Source of the DNA: Anaeromyxobacter sp.
Lineage (GTDB): Bacteria; Myxococcota; Myxococcia; Myxococcales; Anaeromyxobacteraceae
Direction of reading: 5' to 3'
Assembly: GCA_049840735.1 (NCBI GenBank)
Contig: JASGJN010000022.1
Location: 908,778-972,777 of the forward strand
Length of the DNA: 64,000 nucleotides
A program made the position numbers and the translations under genes. This document shows positions 20,924 to 30,868 of this stretch, piece by piece (the first letter of the stretch is position 1; each line of letters starts with the position of its first letter). The notes under the pieces were generated by a model, which was not told the origin of the DNA, searched no databases, and worked only from the letters and a program-made list of their open reading frames with translations.

Positions 20924-21900
20924 CCTTCGTCCTCCGTCGGCCATTCCAGTTGCCCGAAGTAAAACGTGACTCGACGTCGGCTGGCGTCGGGCACGGGGTG
21001 TTCCGCGTTGTAGGATTCGACACGTTGCCACAGCGCGTTCACCTCATTGCGGGTGCGGGCCAGAAGGGCAAGCACTTCTTCCCGAAGTGGGTGCTCTGGA
21101 TGGATTTCGAAAGCCAATGTGGCACCTCCAGTAGTATCCGTGCTCTCGGCCCGAGTGTGACGCCTCTGCAATTTGGTGGCGATTGCGACGCACATGGCCT
21201 GAAAGTGATCGAACACTGCCGCTTCCCACCCCTCGGTTGCTCCGACGGGGACGACCATTGGATCGACCATCGTGCGCCCTTCTTCTCGGCGGATCCTACC
21301 CTGGTCTTCGAGCAATGCGAAGGCTTCGTCGACGTGTGCGGTCGGCACCGAGAGCTCGGTGGCGATGGAGTCCACGCTTTTCGTGCTGTCGCGGCAGAGC
21401 GCGAGCCAAACCAGGGCAGCAGTCGTTTCGCGTACGCTTTCCCGAGCGAGAGCGATGCGATCCTCGTCGCGAACCACGCCATATATCGTGTCGTTTCCGC
21501 TTCCAGTTCGATAGACGAGACCGCTCGACACGAGATCGTTCAAGACTGCACCGACCGTCAGGGGATCGTCGTTCCGGAATCGATCGAGCAAGCGGCGTCT
21601 AGGGAGCGGCGCCTGCTTCTCGATGTATTCGAGCAGAGCTCGCCACAGAGTGGTGCCACGATCCGTTGCACTCTCACGGAGTCGTTGGACGCGCCTTTGG
21701 TAGCCGCGGAGCGCCATTCCGAACATGTCCGCAACGACTTTGCGCGATACGCCTTGGCGCTCGAGCTCCTGCGACAAACTGAGGAAGACTTCGTTGGCGA
21801 TGTGAGCGAGAGGCGCCCTCACGCCAGCCGACGAAGACAACTGAGCGATGAGGACGGTCGCCTGCCGCACGATCGAGTCGACGAGAACTTGGGTGTCCAC
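20920..21900 (-). CDS. Conserved hypothetical protein with predicted HTH elements (putative regulator)
   Basis: GVSRKVVADMFGMALRGYQRRVQRL is HTH-like; winged-helix-like VGAVLNDLVSSGLV and VDEAFALLEDQGRI. Confidence 0.65.
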   Translation of the reverse strand: MDTQVLVDSIVRQATVLIAQLSSSAGVRAPLAHIANEVFLSLSQELERQGVSRKVVADMFGMALRGYQRRVQRLRESATDRGTTLWRALLEYIEKQAPLPRRRLLDRFRNDDPLTVGAVLNDLVSSGLVYRTGSGNDTIYGVVRDEDRIALARESVRETTAALVWLALCRDSTKSVDSIATELSVPTAHVDEAFALLEDQGRIRREEGRTMVDPMVVPVGATEGWEAAVFDHFQAMCVAIATKLQRRHTRAESTDTTGGATLAFEIHPEHPLREEVLALLARTRNEVNALWQRVESYNAEHPVPDASRRRVTFYFGQLEWPTEDEG

Positions 21901-22015
21901 GTGAAGGCCATTGTCCTTTCGGTTTGACCATTCGTCTACCGGGGACGACATGGCCAAGGCAGGTGGCGTGCAGGCCACCTCCCCATGAGCGCGATGGTCT
22001 TGTAGCGTAACGGAC

Positions 22016-23063
22016 ATGAATGTTTCCCGTCTCCAGTGGCTATTCGCCGTGGCATTGCAGGTCGCCTGTGCGTCGTCGGAAGGGGCGGACTCGCCGGACT
22101 CAGTGGGCGGAGGTGGGACAGCTAGCGGTGGTTCGTTGGCCGGAAACGCCGGCGGGCACGTCGGAGCCGGCGGCTCTTCGGGCGCATTTACGGGCGGCGC
22201 AAATGCGAGCGCTGGCGGCGGTGGTCGTTCGGAGAGCGGCGCAGGAGGTGATGCAAATGTCGGCGGCGCGACGACTTCGAATACCGCGGGACGTGGTGGC
22301 GCTTCGGCGGCACGCGGTGGTAGCACAAGCTCGAGCTCCACGAGTGTGGTCGGCAAACGCGGGATAGCCGCGAATGTTGCGCCCGCCGCAGCGTTCTTTC
22401 CGTCGGTGAGTTGGTGGTACAACTGGGCAAATAAGAGTACCGGCGCGGATGTGGGGCTCGAGTTCGTTCCGATGATTTCGGAACCAGGCAACCGTCAACT
22501 CGCCCTTGCCTGCATCGGCGAAATACGTGCTTGGCTTCAACGAACCGAACTTCTTCGCGCAAGCGAATCTCTCCGCGTCGAGTGCAGCGGGCTATTGGCC
22601 TGCCCTCGAAGCGACCGCGAGCGCAGCGGGCGTTGCCATCGTCGGACCCGCCATGAATTATTGCGGCCCCGCATCGCAGTGCCACGCAACCGATCCGTAC
22701 CAGTACCTCAAGGACTTCTTTGCTGCATGCCCGAGCTGCAAGGTCGATTACGTCGCGGTGCATTGGTACAATTGCGATTTGCCATCGCTCCGTGACTATC
22801 TAGAGCCTGGCGGTAATCTCCCTGGATTCGAGCAATTTGGAAAACCGATTTGGCTGACCGAGTTCTCCTGCGATTCGAATGCGAGCATTGCTGAACAGGA
22901 GGCTTACATGCGCGCAGCCATTCCCTACCTGGAGAGCAATCCGAAGGTCTTTCGCTATTCTTGGTTCAGTGCCGATCCCATCCCGAACGCGAAGCTCGTG
23001 AACTCGGACGGGTCTCCCACGGCCTTGGGTAAGGTGTACATCTCTCTGCCGCGAGCCAAGTGA
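22016..23063 (+). CDS. Lipoprotein GH128-like (Glyco_hydro_cc) beta-1,3-glucanase; frameshift near 22474
   Basis: Lipobox QVAC, Gly linker, KRG, SWWYNW, EFVPM(IW), LGFNEP, VAVHWY, KPIWLTEF, RYSWF. Confidence 0.85.
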
Positions 23064-23079
23064 AGGAGGAAAGCGATCG

Positions 23080-23953
23080 ATGTGCAAACCTGCGCGAATT
23101 CGAACGGTCGTGTTGCTCGTCGGGGCGCTTGCCTCGAGCTGCTCTGCGTCTCCGTCGTCTGAGTCCGAAAACGGTGCTGGAGGAACCCTCGGAGTATCGG
23201 GCCAGAATGGCGCCAACGTTGCCGGGACCCCTTCGTCCACGGATGCGGCGGCCTTGGGCGGCGAAAACTCCCGCGCGGGCGGCGGCACGGGAGCGTTCGT
23301 GGGTGTAGGCGGTGGTGGATTGCCGTCAACGGCAACCAGCAAAGCGGGCGCCACGGGCGCCGGTGGTGCCACTTCCTGTGCGTCCGATGGCGACGGAACC
23401 ACGACTCTCCAGTTCGTGAATCTTTGCCCCGAAGCGGTGACATTTCGCGGGAGCGACGACGTGAGCGGAGCGCTCGCTTCTGGGGCCGCAAAATGTGTCG
23501 ACGTCGGCACCGCGACGGAAGCACTCTCGTCGAAGCGCTACTGGGGCTGGATTGGCACCGATCCCGGCTCTGGCCGCCATACGCTCGCCGAATTTACGTT
23601 CAATACGGACTTCTACGACATGGATTGGTACAACATCAGCCACGTCGACGCGCACAATCTTCCAATGGCGATTTTGCCGATGGCACGTCCTTCGTGCAGA
23701 AAGCTCAGCTGTCCACAGGATTTCATCGCGGCGTGTCCGGACGTTGGTCGATTCCGGGATACTGGCGGCACTGTCGTCTCTTGCGTGAGTCCGGAGCGTG
23801 ACAATCCGAACAGCGCCGTAGCTCTGTTGTTCGAGCAATGTGACGACGCGTACGCTTGGTCGGGCGACGACCAACGCGGCACGGACATCAGCCCAATGGT
23901 GGGCTGCGAGGTGGAAGATTTCCAGATTGTGGTTTTGTCCGGAGGCGAAATGA
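23080..23953 (+). CDS. Lipoprotein with a thaumatin-like (PR-5/GH152-like) domain; C-terminal frameshift near 23925
   Basis: Lipobox ASSC; FVNLC, TLAEFTF, WYNISHVDAHNLPMAI, C.DAYAW..DD; repaired C-terminus FQIVFCPEAK*. Confidence 0.8.
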
Positions 23954-25323
23954 GGCCGCTGTTTGGTTTGTGCGTCGTGGTGACGGCGTGTCACGGAATC
24001 GGTGCCGCGGAGAACGGACACGCCGACGATGACTCGGGGCCCATCTCGAACGCGGGGGGACGACCGACGTCATCCACCTCGAGTGGTCACGATGGAGCAT
24101 CGACTGCCGGTGTATCGTCGAATACTCGGTGGCGCGTCCGCGTCCGGGGGCGTCGGTGCAATCGGTGGAGCGACAGGGGATACCACGCAGGAACAGGATT
24201 CTCTCGGTGCCTATCCCGTTGCCCCATCTCCGGTGACCCTTGGTGGCACCATGACCTTTACGAACATCGGTGGTCCCGGTTGGTGGCCGAGACGCATCGA
24301 TAGGCCCGCGGGGGATTCCGCGTGCACGTACAAGGATGGAACGGACACTTGGGGCGGTCATTGCTGCATGACACGAGAGGTCGCGACCAATTCAGATCTC
24401 GCACCTTTCGATCGCGAAGTGACGCTCATTCTCAAGGCTATCGACGTGAAGCAGCTTGCCATCTACCAAGCCACCGACGCGTCGACTGATGCCAGCTGGC
24501 ATCGCGTGACGGCTTGGGACGCCCGTACCCGTCGAGCGGATAACCTCTGGTTTACGCAAGAGGGGGATGGGGCTCCGAGCTTCCCGGGTGACCTCACGAA
24601 AAACGACTGCGTGGGGTACGTCATGCAATCTCCTCGATTCAAATGCGGGGACGGAAGCCAATACTACTGTCCCCAGATTCGAGGGGTGCTCCACGACGGA
24701 TACGAGGGTTCGAAGCTCGTCGTATTGCTCGCCTCGGTCACCTTCGACGATGAGCGCGTGCGGGCATGTGGGGGGACGGGGGCGGGAAAACCCTCGCCCT
24801 GGGTTGCGATAGTCGCCTCGGAGCTCGTCCGCGATGGCGGCCGCAAATGGAACGGTCTCTGCAACTGCTACTCCAAAACCGGAACGGTGGGAGACGGTTG
24901 CGGCGAGATAACGTGTTCGAGGTCGTCATGGACGACAACGCCTATTCGAATCGGGAGTTCGCTAGTACCGGAGTACGTTCTTATCAGGTCGGTCACATCG
25001 GCGGAGCCGTTGCTGGGTCGTCACTCGCGCCCGCTGACTTTCCTGCGGACAGCGATGTCGTCGACGTTTGCTCCAAGAAGGCGTATGCGAGCGGCCCCGC
25101 GCTCGTTGCAGGTGGCGCGACGGATGGTTGTCCCGTGTGGCGTCGTCCCGAGGGCGATTGATACTACTTCATCCTACTCGACGCTCCGACGCGAACCATT
25201 CAGGTGGGGGTTCTGCATCCGCAGAATCTGCCCGCCACTCTGGCGGGGATCTTTCCGTCATTGCCAGCAAAGATCGAGCGGCGGGATATCGACGCTCTGG
25301 CGTCTCTTCGACTACCGCGATAA
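23950..25323 (+). CDS. Lipoprotein resembling the fungal Tos1/YJL171C family (DUF2403 + DUF2401); two frameshifts and one in-frame TGA
   Basis: Lipobox VTAC; MTFTNIG, LAPFDREVTLILKAIDVKQLAIYQ, PWVA, CNCY...GCGE(INVFE). Breaks at about 24120, 24907 and 25159 (TGA). Confidence 0.6.
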
Positions 25324-25329
25324 TCGGAG

Positions 25330-25934
25330 TTGCTCGGGGGCGACGATAACGACGTCATTCCCGTCGAAGGCAGCTGTCTCATTGGAATCGGTGCCGTCAC
25401 TTGTCATGGCCTGTTCTCCGGTATCGTCATGATGATGCTTCAAAGCATGATCACGCCTGCCGTTCGTACCAATTCGGATAAGAGCCCCGCCAAGATCTTG
25501 CCTGTCGTCAATCGGGCCCTTTAGGCAACGTTCGACATCGCTTACGTGGAAGCGATCACGCAACACTGCCACTTTTTCGGCACGAGCCGAGCGGGCGATT
25601 GCTCTTCTCCGGTGCTCACGCCGAGCCTTGGATTTGCCGAAAGCGAACAGGGCAGGGTGATATCGTCCTGCCTCCAGGTTATTGGCTCGGCGCCTTTGAA
25701 GACGTGGATGCTATGACGCAAGATCTCGAGGTCACTCTCGAGGATGGCGACCGAGTCGTGCTTTATACGGACGGGGCGACCGAGGCCCTGAACGCGGCAC
25801 ACGAGCTATTCGGATTGGGTCGTTTGAAAACGTTCGTCGAGCGACATGCTTCGGAAGGTCCCGACGCACTGCGGCAGGTCATCCTCGATGCGATGGACGG
25901 ACGTCGCCGTCCGTCCACACCTCCGTGTCGCTAG
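25330..25934 (+). pseudogene. Degraded SpoIIE/PP2C phosphatase fragment
   Basis: IGAVTCHGLFSGIVMMML (catalytic GDV.GHG altered), in-frame stop at 25522, later GDRVVLYTDGATEA; no N-terminal domains. Confidence 0.7.
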
Positions 25935-26902
25935 CCCCGACCAATTGCTTCCCGTTGCTTGCGTTCCGAGAGGAACGCCAATTGTCGGGCCAGCATTTCT
26001 ACACGGATCATTGGGCAACCAACCGTACGGGCTCGCTCGATTGGGGTCCAGTACATGGCGTCGAGCTCGAGGCGACTGCATTTCGCGAAATCGTGAAACA
26101 TGCTGGGGAAATAGGGCCGCATGCGCAACGTTGCTTCGATCATGTCAGTCGCACAGCCGTCGTCGAGCCGCGCCCCTTCAGCGCGTCCGGCCGAGATGAC
26201 TTCTAGCATCAGACCGTGGATGAGTTCGCGCAGCAGAGGATCACTTAGGAGCTCTTCCGTATTGGCTTCAAGGGCAACCGAGAGCCCGTTGAACGGTATA
26301 TTCCATACGAGTTTTCTCCACCGTGCAGATAGGAAGTGTGGATCGATCTCTACCAGAAGTCCGCAGGCTTCGAGCCATCGCGCCAAGCCGAGTAAGCCGC
26401 TATGTCGCTTCAGCGCAGCATCCGATTCCCTGTAGGCAGCGAGACGTAAGGTTCCATAGTCCTGGTGAAGGATGCGGTGCGGGGCGAGTTGCGTCGCGCA
26501 AATGAAGCCGAGGCCGGCGTAAATCGCGCCATGCTGAGCGCACTCGGGTAGACGCTCTTCTTCACCGAGGCCATTTTGAACGAGCACCGTCGTGCCACCG
26601 TCGGTCAACAATCGCGGGAGAATTGCCCGAAGCGCATCGTTTTGCGTGGCTTTGAGCGTGACGAATACGACGTCACATGAGGGCATGTGCTGGGGATCGT
26701 CGTAGACGCGCACCTCTGACAGTTGAAAATTGCCGTTGGGCGACTCCACGAAGAGACCATGTTGCGCGACCGCAGCATAGTTGCTGCGAGCGAGGAAATG
26801 CACTTCGCATCCGGCCCTTGCGAGGAGCCCCCCATAATATCCTCCGAGTGCACCGAGGCCGACGACTGCGTAGCGGAGGTTTCGGAGATCGGGATTCGAC
26901 AC
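25931..26902 (-). CDS. panE: 2-dehydropantoate 2-reductase
   Basis: VVGLGALGGYYG, VTLKA, QNGLG.EE, WRKLVWNIPFN, SMFHD...LE. Confidence 0.9.
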   Translation of the reverse strand: MSNPDLRNLRYAVVGLGALGGYYGGLLARAGCEVHFLARSNYAAVAQHGLFVESPNGNFQLSEVRVYDDPQHMPSCDVVFVTLKATQNDALRAILPRLLTDGGTTVLVQNGLGEEERLPECAQHGAIYAGLGFICATQLAPHRILHQDYGTLRLAAYRESDAALKRHSGLLGLARWLEACGLLVEIDPHFLSARWRKLVWNIPFNGLSVALEANTEELLSDPLLRELIHGLMLEVISAGRAEGARLDDGCATDMIEATLRMRPYFPSMFHDFAKCSRLELDAMYWTPIERARTVGCPMIRVEMLARQLAFLSERKQREAIGRG

Positions 26903-27172
26903 GGTGGCATGTTTAGTACAGCTCCGGGCGAACCGCTACCGAGGCCCAGTCGGCGGCTCGTGCCCCACCGTTGGGGCGCCTATCTCGAGTTTTACGCGAC
27001 CTTCGAAGTCCGTGATTGCCCAACGGCGATTGGGCTACGTAAGGCTAGCCGATTGAACGTGACGAGGGAGGCCACTAGACTCGTTCGTCGACGTGAGCGT
27101 GGCGATTCAGCGCGTCCGTTCGGCGTAGTTGACGAGATGGCGCGACCGACGAGCATGGAGAAGATGTCTGAC

Positions 27173-28333
27173 TCAGGGCGTCCAGCGCAACTCGCCCGCG
27201 TCGAGTGACACCTCGTAGTACCCGTGAGGATCCCAGGTGAGCGGCACATCCTTTTGGATGAGGGTCCCACCGTCCACGGTAACGCGGAGGACGCGTGCTG
27301 GGGGAAAGTGCGAAGGGAGTGTCCACGTCCAGGTGTTATCATTGGCAACGAGCGCTTCGAGCATCCGTTGGGCTCGCAAATAGGCACCAACTGCGCCCAT
27401 GGTGTCGAACCACAGGTTACCGAGGGACTTCGCGTGCGCGATGCTCGTCAATATTTCCGCGATTTGGACACCCGCATACCAGTTATTGGCGGTCGGGAGG
27501 ATCGAGTGGAAAAGGAAGATCGTCCATCGACCATTTCGTTGGGTCTCGTCAATCGCTGCGTTGAATTGCAGAGCGGTCTGTCCCGCAGTCACCGCAAACA
27601 CGGGTAGATTGTACCAATCGTTTACCCCCGTAGCTGGGACTGAGCCGCTTGCCACTCCCCGACCGAGGAGGAACCGTGATGACGCCGTTGCATTCCATCC
27701 CGTATCACCAAAGGGTGCAGCGAACGAGTAGACTCGAGGAACCCCGAAGTGGGTCTTGATGTATTCCGTGGCCTTGTCAATCTCGTCCTCTGCGGTCCCA
27801 ACGGGGGTGCAGTCGGTGAGATTGGCGTGACAATGGCTCCAGGTGTGATTCCCTATTTCGCTACCGGCGGCAGCGACGGATGACCAGGTTGCATCGAATC
27901 CTTGCTGCCAATTCGCCGAAGGATTGGCAAAGAACGTCATCTTAACACCGGTGCCTTTCAGCGCTTTCCAGTGTTCGATCTGCGAGGGCTGCGTGTCGTC
28001 GAACGTGTAGGACAGGGCCGCGGCGAATCCGGCCCAGGGCAATACACGCAAATTGGGGGTGCTCACCGAATTGCTCGGGCGCGGCACGTCATGATTCGGT
28101 CCCGAAGGCAGTGACCCGGCTACGCCGAGCCCGTCACGCGAGCCGTTCTCTCGGGCCGTGGGCGTCGATGTCAGCCGTGCGACATCGGTCGTCGGCGAGC
28201 TTCCAGCCGAGGAAGTCGAGTTGCTCGAGCCTACGGTGTTTACTCGTTTGCTGCAATCCATACAAGCGGTCATGCACCCAAGTAGTAAAAGGCCTGCGAT
28301 GAGTGGGATGTCGGAGGAGAATCGATTGACCAT
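27173..28333 (-). CDS. Polysaccharide deacetylase (CE4/NodB) lipoprotein
   Basis: SYTFDD, EIGNHTWSH, FAAPFG, IFLFH. Confidence 0.85.
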   Translation of the reverse strand: MVNRFSSDIPLIAGLLLLGCMTACMDCSKRVNTVGSSNSTSSAGSSPTTDVARLTSTPTARENGSRDGLGVAGSLPSGPNHDVPRPSNSVSTPNLRVLPWAGFAAALSYTFDDTQPSQIEHWKALKGTGVKMTFFANPSANWQQGFDATWSSVAAAGSEIGNHTWSHCHANLTDCTPVGTAEDEIDKATEYIKTHFGVPRVYSFAAPFGDTGWNATASSRFLLGRGVASGSVPATGVNDWYNLPVFAVTAGQTALQFNAAIDETQRNGRWTIFLFHSILPTANNWYAGVQIAEILTSIAHAKSLGNLWFDTMGAVGAYLRAQRMLEALVANDNTWTWTLPSHFPPARVLRVTVDGGTLIQKDVPLTWDPHGYYEVSLDAGELRWTP

Positions 28334-28397
28334 GAAACCTAGGCACTTTAGCCACGTTGGAGCAAACTTCTCCTCTCAATCGCGGTTGCAAACGTCG

Positions 28398-29355
28398 TCA
28401 TTTCCGGCGGAGGCGGCGCGGTTGTCGGGCGTGAAGAAAGTGGCTCGGCGTCGTTCCGCGATGGGCGACGAACACCCGATGAAATTGCGCGTAGCTGCCG
28501 AAGCCGGCGTCGAGGGCCGCCTTGAGGAGGTTGTCGCCGTCCCGAGCGACGAGTTCGTTGAAGCGCGCCAGCCGGAGGCGGTTACGATATTCCACGACCG
28601 AAATGCCGGCTTCCGCCTTGAACAACTTGGCAATCCGGCTGGCACTCAGGCGAAGCGTCACGCTGAGTTGTTCCGCCGTCAACGTTGGATCCGCATCGAG
28701 GAGCTTCATGGCTCGCGTGACGACGGACGACGGGCTTGCGGGCAGCTCTGCGAACAGGGACTTGCCTCGTCCTTTGGCGGAATCCAAGGTGCTCGCGAGA
28801 AATGAACAAAGCAGTGCCGCCTTGGACTGTTTCGTCTCATCGACGGGCTCGTCGGTGAGTCCCCGTCATTGAACATGGTTCCGAAATCTCCGATGCAGAG
28901 TAGACCGGCGTGCAGCAAACCCAGCCATGTGCGACGACACGAGACTCTTGCTCCGTATGTACTACGCGGGGAGCGTTCTCGACGATGGTCCAGTAAACTC
29001 CGTCACGAATCGCGCGTTCGAGGTGTTCCCGCTCTCCCTCCCAGATATCGAAGGTGATGAAATGTTCGTCCACCGTGTGGCCTTCGAAATCGGTGCCCCA
29101 AGTGCCTCTCATGAAGCCAATCCTATCGTCTCTGAGGAAGAGCGCGACCCGGGTCAGGCCAATCCGTTCACGTGCGAATTCGACGGTAAGGCGGAGCAGC
29201 TCGTCGATTTTGTCGCAAGCGACGAGTTCACGAAAGGCAGACAGCAGCGGTGCGAAATCCGTCGATGGTCGTCCCTCGTGCACCAACGGCCGAGGTGGCT
29301 CCGCGGTGGGGAGATGCTGCCAATCGACGCGTCTACGCGGAAACAAGGCCAACAA
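28398..29355 (-). CDS. AraC-family regulator with an N-terminal GAF-like domain; frameshift near 28885
   Basis: C-terminal EYRNRLRL...AALDAGFGSYAQFHRVF; N-terminal MRGTWGTD...WVCCTP. Confidence 0.8.
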
Positions 29356-29527
29356 TTACCACGCTTCCTCCTCAATGGCTACGTCCTCCGGCTGCAGCGC
29401 CCATCTCGTCGGGGCGGTGAGGTCATAGCTTGCGACGGTTCGTCACGCTCGTCGCGCTCCTACCCGGGAAGCGGACGCAACGCCTGGGGCTTGCAAACCG
29501 TAACTGCTGCTCTCAAGCTGGATCGCG

Positions 29528-30760
29528 ATGACGTTGCGTTCGCTCATTGGGTGGAATTGGCGGAATGGGAAAGTGACACAACTCATGGCGGAAACGTGCG
29601 TTGCCGCCCTCCTTGCTGCTTGCGGCGGGGAGTCCCAGTCGGAAACCTCGGGGAGCCGCGGCGGTATGTCGGGAACTACCGGTATCGGCGGCAAGATTTC
29701 GACAGGTGCTTCCGGCGCAGGCAATGGCCATGGCGGTTCGTCCGTGGTTCCGGTGTCGATTTCGGCGCTCTGCACGCTCTCGTCCGCGCCTACAATCGAA
29801 TCTGCGAGCCGTCATCTCGGGTGTGTGAAGGCAGCGAAGGAAGCGCTTTGCCGCGCCGAGCCAATCACCGACGCGGAGGATCCGGTGCTCATTCGCCGCG
29901 CTTCGGTCGAGCTCGCGCGGTATGTGGCTTCCGGAGTGGGGATTTCCGTCGTTGACGTGACGCGATGTGCGGATGCGATTCGAGAGGCCGCCTGTTCCGA
30001 CATTCGTGCGGGAGGGCTCCTCGATGCCTGTGTGCCCGAATCCGGCGTACTCGGAATCGGTCGCGCCTGCGCTTATGACGAGCAGTGCGCATCGTTATTT
30101 TGCGAGCGACAGCCCTACCAAGCTTGTGGAATTTGCGCCGCGCCAACCGTACCATGCTCGGGTCTGGCGGATTGTCCCGAGCGGCTGAGTTGCGATCCGA
30201 ACAGCATGACTTGCGTTCGTCTTCCCCTAGCAGGCCAACCTTGTCTCGAGCTGTCCTGTGGTGGTTCGAATCGGTGTGAAAACGGCATCTGCGTCGGACT
30301 GCCGGGGATCAATGAGTCCTGCGCTGTCGAGCGGGGCTGTTCCGTTGGGGCGTCTTGTGAAGCTGGGGTGTGCGTAAAATACGCGAATCCGATGGCGTCA
30401 GCGCCTCTTCAGGACGGAGCGAATTGCAACGGCGCCATCGGAATGATGGATGTAGCCGTTCCATCTTGCGAGAGCGGGGCTCGGTGTGTGGAAGATGGGT
30501 CACTTCCGCCCCTGACTGGAACTGCCACCGGAGCGCCCTACTCGGTGCCCGCAAAATTTGCAAAATCGTCGATGCAGCGGCATGTGAATGACCGAGCGGA
30601 CAGTCCGACGGTGAGGGCGGTGCAGCGACTCCTTTGGACTGACGGTTGGAATTGGAAGCGTTTCGAACTCGGTAACGACGCTCTTTTCAGTCTGAAGCTG
30701 CTTAGAAATCGGGCATTTCCGAGCCGCACTGGTTGGTTCACTTCGTCTCTGCGGCTTTGA
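29528..30760 (+). CDS. Cys-rich myxobacterial lipoprotein; start uncertain and the C-terminus is probably frameshifted near 30550
   Basis: Lipobox LAAC, Gly/Ser linker, multiple G..C.....C...C.C repeats. Confidence 0.65.
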   Translation: MTLRSLIGWNWRNGKVTQLMAETCVAALLAACGGESQSETSGSRGGMSGTTGIGGKISTGASGAGNGHGGSSVVPVSISALCTLSSAPTIESASRHLGCVKAAKEALCRAEPITDAEDPVLIRRASVELARYVASGVGISVVDVTRCADAIREAACSDIRAGGLLDACVPESGVLGIGRACAYDEQCASLFCERQPYQACGICAAPTVPCSGLADCPERLSCDPNSMTCVRLPLAGQPCLELSCGGSNRCENGICVGLPGINESCAVERGCSVGASCEAGVCVKYANPMASAPLQDGANCNGAIGMMDVAVPSCESGARCVEDGSLPPLTGTATGAPYSVPAKFAKSSMQRHVNDRADSPTVRAVQRLLWTDGWNWKRFELGNDALFSLKLLRNRAFPSRTGWFTSSLRL

Positions 30761-30868
30761 TGACGTCGAAATTTCGACGTCGAGAAAAGTGTCCGCATTC
30801 TCCCAAATTGGTGGGTAGGCCGGTCGCGCCGCTTCCTTCTTGGTACCGAAAAGCGTAGACCTTGCGCG

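Noticed and set aside
20617..21927. Long antisense ORFs (also 28927..29955, 41417..42463 and 60655..61722)
   Set aside because: They are shadow ORFs opposite well-supported genes, typical of high-GC codon bias, and carry no recognisable motifs
25159..25161. In-frame TGA as selenocysteine or programmed readthrough
   Set aside because: The context GATTGA is best explained as a miscalled GATCGA (Arg), matching the window-wide GATC error pattern; no SECIS-like hairpin was recognised
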